Positions 55,270 through 64,000 of a DNA stretch of 64,000 nucleotides are shown here, one piece after another. Numbering within the stretch: the first letter of the stretch is position 1; each line of letters opens with the position of its first letter. The notes below the pieces were generated by a model that saw nothing but the letters and a program-made list of their open reading frames with translations, searched no databases and was not told where the DNA came from. The DNA comes from Gammaproteobacteria bacterium (GTDB taxonomy: Bacteria; Pseudomonadota; Gammaproteobacteria; CAJXQU01): positions 672,001 to 736,000 of the forward strand of contig CBDEGZ010000003.1 in NCBI GenBank assembly GCA_965238175.1, given 5' to 3'. The position numbers and the translations under genes are program-made.

Positions 55270-56643
55270 TTATTTTTCCTTATTATTTTCAAGTTCTGCT
55301 TTTACATAAAAGATGATGGCTTTCTCTGAACTTTTATCAAACTCGTACATTTTTTCTATGACTTTTTCGGTTAATTCATGACCTTTTCGTATAAGACAGA
55401 CACCTTCTCTATATTCAATGTCCCGAGTTACAAACATGCCAGGTACTAGATCATCAAGAGTTAATTTTAATTCTGAGACGTAGCTTGCCTGCCCAATACT
55501 CTGATTAAGTACATATTCCAACGCTTTAATGCAATTAGGGTCATACCGTTTTTCAGAATTTTTTTCGATAAAAGCTCTTGCTTCATCTTGGTTGAATTGT
55601 TCACCTAGAAATATTCCAGTTTGTAAGTCATCAAAATCACGAGCAACAGCGAGTATTCTTGAGCCAGAAGGAATTTTTATCCCAAACATTTCTTCTGGAA
55701 ATCCTTTGCCATCAAAACGTTCATTTTGCGAACGAATGATTTTTCCAACTTCAGTCAAAGTATCTATGGGAGCAAGTACCGCCTGCCCAATGATTGGATA
55801 GTTGTGGTATTCAATCAGCTCTTCTTCTGTCAATGAGTTGTAGGGTGTTTTTATTAAATGATCACTTAAACCTAGTTTGCCTATTTTGTGTAGTAAGGCG
55901 GCATTATAAATATTGGTTTGTTGATCTTCGTCGAGTTTAACAACCTTGGCCATATGTTTAGCGAGTTCTGCTATACGTACACTGCTACCCGCTGCAAGAC
56001 CTTCTCGTAATTCGATCAGTTTCGCAAAGATAGGAATTGTTTCTTGATGGCTGTGCTCTAGTTGTTTGTGTGCAATTTCTAAAAACTGACTAGCTTGTCT
56101 AATTTCTTCTGTGCGTTCTTCGACTTTTAGCTCAAGCGATTTGTTCAGATTAGCGAGTTCTGCATTTTGTTTTTCGGAGAGTTTTTGCAGACGTTCTTTT
56201 TCACGTTTAATAAATTGTTGTTCAAGACCTTGCTCAACGACCATGCGGAGTTCATGGTCATCCCATGGTTTACTAATGTACCGATATATTCCCCCGTCAT
56301 TTACGGCAGAAATTGTGGAGGTTATATCAGCATAACCTGTCAGTAATACACGGATTATATCTGGCCACTTTTTAGCAACTATAGATAGAAACTCTGCGCC
56401 ATCCATTTCGGGCATACGCATATCTGAGATAATAAAATCCACATGGTTTTTTTCAATAATTTCAATGCCTTGAGCACCACTCTCAGCAAGGATTATATTG
56501 TACCCATTTTTTCTAAGAAGGCGTCGCAAGGAGGAAAGAATACTTTTCTCATCATCCACACACAGTATGGTAGCAACGCGTTTTTCATCATCACTTGGAG
56601 TTTCATTTTCGACTTGTTTCTCTTCGACTATTTCATCCTGCAT
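55270..56643 (-). CDS. Response regulator with degenerate HD-GYP domain
   Basis: REC (VDDE, SDMRMP, KPW); LLHKIGK, QNERFDGKGFP. Confidence 0.9.
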   Translation of the reverse strand: MQDEIVEEKQVENETPSDDEKRVATILCVDDEKSILSSLRRLLRKNGYNIILAESGAQGIEIIEKNHVDFIISDMRMPEMDGAEFLSIVAKKWPDIIRVLLTGYADITSTISAVNDGGIYRYISKPWDDHELRMVVEQGLEQQFIKREKERLQKLSEKQNAELANLNKSLELKVEERTEEIRQASQFLEIAHKQLEHSHQETIPIFAKLIELREGLAAGSSVRIAELAKHMAKVVKLDEDQQTNIYNAALLHKIGKLGLSDHLIKTPYNSLTEEELIEYHNYPIIGQAVLAPIDTLTEVGKIIRSQNERFDGKGFPEEMFGIKIPSGSRILAVARDFDDLQTGIFLGEQFNQDEARAFIEKNSEKRYDPNCIKALEYVLNQSIGQASYVSELKLTLDDLVPGMFVTRDIEYREGVCLIRKGHELTEKVIEKMYEFDKSSEKAIIFYVKAELENNKEK

Positions 56644-56899
56644 TAAGCCTACCTCATAAACGGTAAAGAGTTTTATCTGTACTGATATCGGCTAAATGCA
56701 TAAATACTTAAGAATTGCATATACAATTTTAAGGGTGTGTTAACAAAAATAATTATAAAATGTTGTTGGAAGGTATCAGTTCTCCATCAATGTGGATGCT
56801 AAGCTTTGTTGCCTTTATTCTTTACATATTTCACATTTTCTTGTAGTAACCTATTCACAGATCTGTTTTCAGTTTAATTTTTTTGAAACGTACTTAATT

Positions 56900-57562
56900 A
56901 TGGCTAACAAAACTATTTCGTTTGATGAGAATCTATACATATATTTTCAGCAGCATGCATTTAGAGAAGATGACCTGTTGAGAGAGTTGCGTCAGGAAAC
57001 TGCTAAATTACCGGAAGCGGAAATGCAGATTTCACCAGAACAAGGCGCTTTTATGTCGATACTAGTAAAATTGATTGGTTGTAAAAACATTATTGAAATT
57101 GGAACTTTTACTGGATATAGCAGTTTATGTATGGCGCGATCTTTACCAGAAGATGGCAACTTGATCGCATTAGATATAAGCGATAAATGGACGTCCATAG
57201 CAAAAGGATATTGGGAAAAAGCCAACGTTGATCATCTTATTGATTTACGTTTAGGTTCGGCAGTCGTGTTGTTAAAGGAAATGATTGATGATCAAAAGCG
57301 AGAAACGATAGATTTGATCTTTATTGACGCTGATAAAGAGGCTTATCTAGATTATTTTGAGTTAGGCCTGACATTACTAAGACTTGGTGGTGCAATGTTG
57401 TTTGATAATGTGCTTTGGGGTGGAGCTGTTGCAGATGAATCTGATCAAACACCCAGTACCGTAGCAATCAGAAATTTAAACGATGCCTTGTTGAAAGATC
57501 AACGCATTGAAATGTGTATGACGCCCATCGGCGATGGGCTAACCATTATCCGCAAGAGATAG
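56900..57562 (+). CDS. Class I O-methyltransferase (caffeoyl-CoA/COMT-like)
   Basis: EIGTFTGYS, FIDADK, DNVLWGG, GDGL. Confidence 0.92.
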   Translation: MANKTISFDENLYIYFQQHAFREDDLLRELRQETAKLPEAEMQISPEQGAFMSILVKLIGCKNIIEIGTFTGYSSLCMARSLPEDGNLIALDISDKWTSIAKGYWEKANVDHLIDLRLGSAVVLLKEMIDDQKRETIDLIFIDADKEAYLDYFELGLTLLRLGGAMLFDNVLWGGAVADESDQTPSTVAIRNLNDALLKDQRIEMCMTPIGDGLTIIRKR

Positions 57563-57724
57563 GCAACAAAATTAGAACTCAAATTTATTCCAGATTACTA
57601 ACTAATAACTATGAATTTTGATAATTAAGTTAATTTTTAAATGACCGATATAGCGAGAACAAAAGGAGTTTTGTCAGCAGGTTAAAAGGATTTAACTATT
57701 TTCTCGATAAAATCGGAGATCCTC

Positions 57725-58447
57725 ATGAAATTGGCAAAAAAAGTTTTGGTTGTGGGTTTGTTAGGTGTTCTCAGTGTGCTCAGTTTTCAGTCCCAGGCAG
57801 CGGGGTTAAAGGCCGGTGACTGGATTGTGCGTGGCCGTGTTATCCATGTACATCCTACGGTTGGTAGTGACGAAGTTGAAGTTCCTGCACTTGGTGGCTA
57901 TGTTACAGGTAGCGGAGTGGATGTTAATAACAGTACTGTACCTGAACTAGATATCACTTACATGTTGTCACCAAATTGGGGACTTGAATTAATTCTTGCT
58001 ACATCTCAACATGATGTTAATCCAGAAGGTTCTGCTTTAATAACCGCGCTTGATGCCCTGCCTCCTGCAGGCACCGGCAGTCACGATGCCATTGATGCGT
58101 GGGCATTACCACCGACTCTATTGCTCCAGTACCATTTCGCACCTGAATCTAATATTCGACCTTACATGGGGTTAGGTCTGAACTATACGATTTTTTATAA
58201 AGAAAAAGTTGAAGGTCCACTGGATATTCCCGGAGCTGATGTGAATATGCGCCAATCATTTGGACTGGCTGCGCAATTTGGTATGGACATTGATTTGGGA
58301 GACAGTGGCTGGTTCGCAAACATTGATTTGAAATATATTGATATGGATACCACAGCAGAGTTCCGTGGAACTCCAGTTGGAGATGTTAATGTCCATGTTG
58401 ATATTGATCCGATTATTTTCGGGATTGGAATTGGTTGGCATTTTTAA
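57725..58447 (+). CDS. ompW: OmpW-family outer membrane protein
   Basis: LPPTLLLQYHF, RPYMGLGLNYT, IDP...G..F. Confidence 0.9.
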   Translation: MKLAKKVLVVGLLGVLSVLSFQSQAAGLKAGDWIVRGRVIHVHPTVGSDEVEVPALGGYVTGSGVDVNNSTVPELDITYMLSPNWGLELILATSQHDVNPEGSALITALDALPPAGTGSHDAIDAWALPPTLLLQYHFAPESNIRPYMGLGLNYTIFYKEKVEGPLDIPGADVNMRQSFGLAAQFGMDIDLGDSGWFANIDLKYIDMDTTAEFRGTPVGDVNVHVDIDPIIFGIGIGWHF

Positions 58448-58608
58448 GTAGTTTCTTTCTAGATAGAGGTAGAAACTATTTTTACTTCTATCCTAAAACA
58501 ATTGTTCTACCGTAGTAAAAATAATCTTTAAAAATATTCAGGCTTGCTCTTAGATCAAGATATGCATAGTATTTCTGTGTGTTAACTTTTAATCTAGGGT
58601 AAGTTCCT

Positions 58609-59478
58609 ATGTTCCTTCCACCGGCTAATGATTTCACAGTTCCTTTTGATCAAACATTTAAAATTTCTAATGTGAAGACTTCGCCATTAGAAAGTGTTGA
58701 TTCGGATGATCTGAAGAAAGAGCTTAATAAATTAACCAAATCGATGAATGATCTACAGCAGACTCTGTATGCACATGACAAGTACTCGATGTTACTAATT
58801 TTTCAGGCAATGGATGCGGCTGGAAAGGATGGAACAATCCGCGCAGTGCTAAGCGGAATTAACCCTGCCGGTTGTCAGGTTTTTTCATTTAAGCAACCCA
58901 GTAGTTTAGAGCTTGATCATGACTTTCTCTGGCGCTCGGCAAAGCGTTTACCAGAACGTGGCAGGATAGGTGTTTTTAACCGTAGCTACTACGAAGAAGT
59001 ATTGGTTGTAAAAGTACATCCAGAATATTTAGGTAGTCAAAAATTACCCGACTGTGTAGATCCTAACACTATTTGGAAACAACGCTATGAATCCATCTGT
59101 GATCATGAAAAACACCTTGCTCGAAATGGAACAGTCGTTCTAAAGTTTTGGTTAAATGTTTCAAAAGACGAGCAGAAGGAGCGCTTTCTTTCTCGGCTCA
59201 ATGAGCCAGAAAAAAACTGGAAGTTTTCTTCTACAGATATCAAAGAACGTGGCTATTGGGATCAGTATATGGCAGCCTATGAAGAACTATTGAATAAGAC
59301 ATCGAAACCATGGGCGCCATGGTATGCGATCCCGGCAGATAATAAAAAATGGATGCGTACCCAGATAGCAAGCATTGTAAAAGAGACACTTGAGTTGTTA
59401 GAAATTGATTATCCTGAAGTGAGTGACAAAGAGAAAATAAAATTTGATGAAATGCGAGAACTTTTGTGGAGTGAATAG
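58609..59478 (+). CDS. Polyphosphate kinase 2 family (class III-like)
   Basis: QAMDAAGKDG, HDFLWR, FNRSYYEEVL, WKFS, APWY.IPAD.K. Confidence 0.92.
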   Translation: MFLPPANDFTVPFDQTFKISNVKTSPLESVDSDDLKKELNKLTKSMNDLQQTLYAHDKYSMLLIFQAMDAAGKDGTIRAVLSGINPAGCQVFSFKQPSSLELDHDFLWRSAKRLPERGRIGVFNRSYYEEVLVVKVHPEYLGSQKLPDCVDPNTIWKQRYESICDHEKHLARNGTVVLKFWLNVSKDEQKERFLSRLNEPEKNWKFSSTDIKERGYWDQYMAAYEELLNKTSKPWAPWYAIPADNKKWMRTQIASIVKETLELLEIDYPEVSDKEKIKFDEMRELLWSE

Positions 59479-59506
59479 TTTGCTGAATGAATAGACAGAA
59501 CGAATA

Positions 59507-59534
59507 AAAAGGCGGGAAAAAGGGATTTTCCCGC
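59507..59534. terminator. Hairpin after the PPK2 gene
   Basis: GCGGGAAAA-AGGGA-TTTTCCCGC preceded by an A run. Confidence 0.55.
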
Positions 59535-60325
59535 AATAGAACAACACAACAAGAGGTGAAGCTAAATTCTTTAAAATATGGAAGAATTATAGATTTTCTT
59601 AGATGAATGAAATATGAATCATCTAATGAATGAGTGATATTATTTGAGAAAAAACTCTCAGCTAAAAATATCTTTAAATCCGATAGTTGTTCCGGATTGA
59701 GTGATGTTGTCATAACCTGAAAATTTTGACTTAGACAGCTAAGATAAAGAAGTTTTGAATGGTGTGTTTTGTAGCAACGCCTTTATTGAACAATTTTTGG
59801 ATCTTCAATACTATTTGAGAACGGTCAGACAAGAATGTTCCCATACAAGCGGAATAAGGTAAGACCAAACTTATCTGCCATGGGCGCTATTCCGAACCCT
59901 GTATCTACCGCCATATGGGTAAATTCTTCTGTTTGGTAATCTGTAACTCTATTTGTTCGATATGCTCGTCAAAATTGAGTTTGATATCCATAATATCAAA
60001 TAACAACCAAAGCAATATGTAATAACAATAATTACTTGAGATAGAAATGCTAAAAAAATAATTATTACCTTTGGCCGTACCCTCGTAATCACTAGTTTAA
60101 TTTCGCTAATATTAAGTTTGCCAGCAACTTTAGCGTTTGAAGGGGCTTGCTTGTGCTTTTAGAAGTATTGCATGCAGATGGGACATTGATCGATGAAAAA
60201 TACAACGCAATTTTGAAATTGACTAAATCTGATCAGGAAGAAAAAATTTCTCCAACTGAATCATCACAACAAATCTCAAAACAAGCGCCGCCAACAAAAA
60301 TAACAACGAAAGGGAAATAAAAAAT

Positions 60326-61150
60326 ATGAAAAAAATTATAGTAAAAACTTTAACACTCCTGTTTTTAACTGGGACGTTTATATCTGTTTCTGCTGAAGAA
60401 AGATTACGAATGGCGACAACAACCAGTACAGAGAATACTGGATTACTCGCGGTTTTGAACCCTGCGTTTGAGCAACAAACAGGGATAAAACTTGATGTAA
60501 TTGCGGTTGGTACTGGAAAAGCGATCAAGTTAGCGGAAAACGGAGATGTGGATTTGATCCTGGTTCATGCGCCGATTGCAGAAAAGAAATTCGTTGAAGT
60601 TGGATATGGAATTGATCGAAAAGCCGTGATGCATAATGACTTCGTATTAATTGGTCCAGAAACAGATCCTGCCAATGTAAAACAGGCATGTTTATTGAAA
60701 GAAGCAATGCAGAGTATTTTTAAATCAGAAGCTACATTTATTTCACGTGGAGACGATTCCGGAACACATAAAAAAGAACGCGCCATATGGAAATTAGCCG
60801 AGTTAGAACCTGACGGAAACTGGTATCTCGCAGTAGGACAAGGCATGGGAGCTGTGCTAAAGATTGCAAATGATAAGCAAGCTTATACCTTGACAGATAG
60901 AGGAACCTGGCTCGCTTACCGTGATAAGTTGGAGTTGGAAATTGTAAGTGAAGGCGATCCTGTTTTGTTTAATCCATATCATGTGATTGCAGTGAACCCA
61001 ACACAACACGCGCATGCAAAATATAAACTAGCATCAGAATATATATACTTTATTACTAGCAAAGAAGGTCAGATGTTAATACAAAATTTTAAAGTTAAAG
61101 GCGAGCAACTATTCTATCCTCATGGTTATGCTTTAGAATACCCCTTATAG
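60326..61150 (+). CDS. tupA: Tungstate ABC transporter substrate-binding protein
   Basis: ATTTST..TGLL, GTGKA, VHAP, SRGDDSGTH, GQGMG. Confidence 0.9.
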   Translation: MKKIIVKTLTLLFLTGTFISVSAEERLRMATTTSTENTGLLAVLNPAFEQQTGIKLDVIAVGTGKAIKLAENGDVDLILVHAPIAEKKFVEVGYGIDRKAVMHNDFVLIGPETDPANVKQACLLKEAMQSIFKSEATFISRGDDSGTHKKERAIWKLAELEPDGNWYLAVGQGMGAVLKIANDKQAYTLTDRGTWLAYRDKLELEIVSEGDPVLFNPYHVIAVNPTQHAHAKYKLASEYIYFITSKEGQMLIQNFKVKGEQLFYPHGYALEYPL

Positions 61151-61394
61151 TTCTGGTTTGAATCCAATAGAGCACAAATGAGCATAAGTTAAGGGGGAGC
61201 AGATGAAAAGAACGGTGTGATGTAGATGTTCTATTCAACAAACACATGGATTATGCCAATTTATATTGTCAGTTACAGCTTCATTCTTAAAGCATCCTCA
61301 GAGAATGTGGGCTTCAAGTTGATTCATAAAAGTAGCTACTGTTACAAGCCTGGGTTCTGAAGGATTGAAAAACATAGTTTAATTTAGTGATTAG

Positions 61395-62438
61395 TCACAA
61401 AGCCTTTAACAAATTCTGATCAAGCCGAACGCCCGACATGCGCATACAAAGCCAGGTGGTTTCTGTCCATGTATCGGCGTTTTTGATCTGGCTGGCGCCT
61501 TTGAGGGTTTGTTCGAGTTTGGCCGCAGATTTGATCAGCATTTGCAGGCCGCGAGGTTTGTGTCTTTGTAGTGCATTTCTGATCAGGTTGGTTCGGTTCG
61601 ACCAGACGCGATGTTTTTGCATAACATTTTCGATACGATCACCTGTAGCAATGTCTTTAGCCATTTTATACAGGTTATGCAGTTCGCGGCTGAGTGCCCA
61701 ATGAACAATAATCGGTTCCAGTCCTTCGTTGCGTAACCCATCAAGAATTCTGATCGCACGATCTGATTGTCCTTCTAAAATAGCATCAGTCAATTTGAAA
61801 ACATCGTAACGACTGCTGTCGCCAACGGTCATTACATCATCAAGTTCGAGTTTTATTTTGTCAGTCAATAATAAGATGATCTCGATTTCTTGACTGGCAG
61901 CGAGCATGTTGCCTTCAACATTGTCGGCAATATAAGTCGCGGCATCGCGAGTGATCTGACGACCACGATCGGAAAAACGTTTTATGATCCATTGTGGTAG
62001 TGCCTTTACATCCACAGGCCAGATCTGAACAATCGTGCCGGCGTTTTCGAGAGCTTTGAACCATTTTGCTTTTTGACTTTGAGATTCGATTTTGTTGGTA
62101 GTGATCAATAATAAAGTATTTTGCGGCGGTTTCCCGGAATATTCGACTAAAGCTTTACCACCTTTGATGCCTGGTTTGGATGAGCCAAGTCGTAATTCAA
62201 TCAAACGTTGTGAAGCGAAAAGTGAGAGAGTGTCGGCTTCTTGAAAGAGTGAATTCCAGTCGAAGTTTTTACTGACTTCGAGAATGGTGCGTTCATCAAA
62301 ACCCTGTTGTTTTGCTGTATTTCGGATTGTGTCACTGGCTTCCATCATTTGTAATGGCTCGTCGCCAGTGATCAAATAAATGGGTGATAAATTTCCGCCA
62401 GATAAGTTTGTACCGAGTTGTTCTGGCCGGAGTTTCAT
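61395..62438 (-). CDS. holA: DNA polymerase III delta subunit
   Basis: GDEPL, SLFA, EGNMLAA.QE; leuS-lptE-holA synteny. Confidence 0.95.
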   Translation of the reverse strand: MKLRPEQLGTNLSGGNLSPIYLITGDEPLQMMEASDTIRNTAKQQGFDERTILEVSKNFDWNSLFQEADTLSLFASQRLIELRLGSSKPGIKGGKALVEYSGKPPQNTLLLITTNKIESQSQKAKWFKALENAGTIVQIWPVDVKALPQWIIKRFSDRGRQITRDAATYIADNVEGNMLAASQEIEIILLLTDKIKLELDDVMTVGDSSRYDVFKLTDAILEGQSDRAIRILDGLRNEGLEPIIVHWALSRELHNLYKMAKDIATGDRIENVMQKHRVWSNRTNLIRNALQRHKPRGLQMLIKSAAKLEQTLKGASQIKNADTWTETTWLCMRMSGVRLDQNLLKAL

Positions 62439-62473
62439 CTACCTTGGCGAACCAAACGACTGTTTATACGCAT

Positions 62474-64000
<1,527 letters not shown>

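Noticed and set aside
59240-59713. 157-aa minus-strand ORF
   Set aside because: Runs through a hairpin and about 240 nt antisense into the PPK2 gene; at most a fragment.

Overview
Low-GC gammaproteobacterial chromosomal window. The core backbone is aroK-aroB-dgt-damX-like-gltB-gltD-hemE, dbpA, tRNA-Lys-fmdB-like-aspS and holA-lptE-leuS. Two accessory patches interrupt it. The first (1-7.2 kb) has three IS481 copies, IS3/IS982 relics and a GNAT toxin with an unannotated 51-aa partner. The second (about 33.4-42.4 kb, next to tRNA-Lys) has degenerate integron cassettes, a purC relic, IS30 and a truncated serine recombinase. The best candidate for a new system is a minus-strand operon at 35966-40389: sigma70 promoter, 16-aa leader peptide with attenuator-like pairings, an RbfA-like paralogue, the RNA ligase RtcB, an unknown 317-aa protein, and a small basic protein whose ORF runs through an intrinsic terminator as arfA/brfA do. 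I read it as a putative ribosome repair-and-rescue module; it is damaged here by a frameshift and an IS30 insertion. Also notable are an ERIC-like MITE inserted in the first codons of gltB that supplies a new coupled start codon, a second unrelated glutamate synthase operon, and a DprE1/DprE2-type lipid-arabinose pathway facing a GT-C/TPR transferase. All family calls come from motif recognition; no database search was run.
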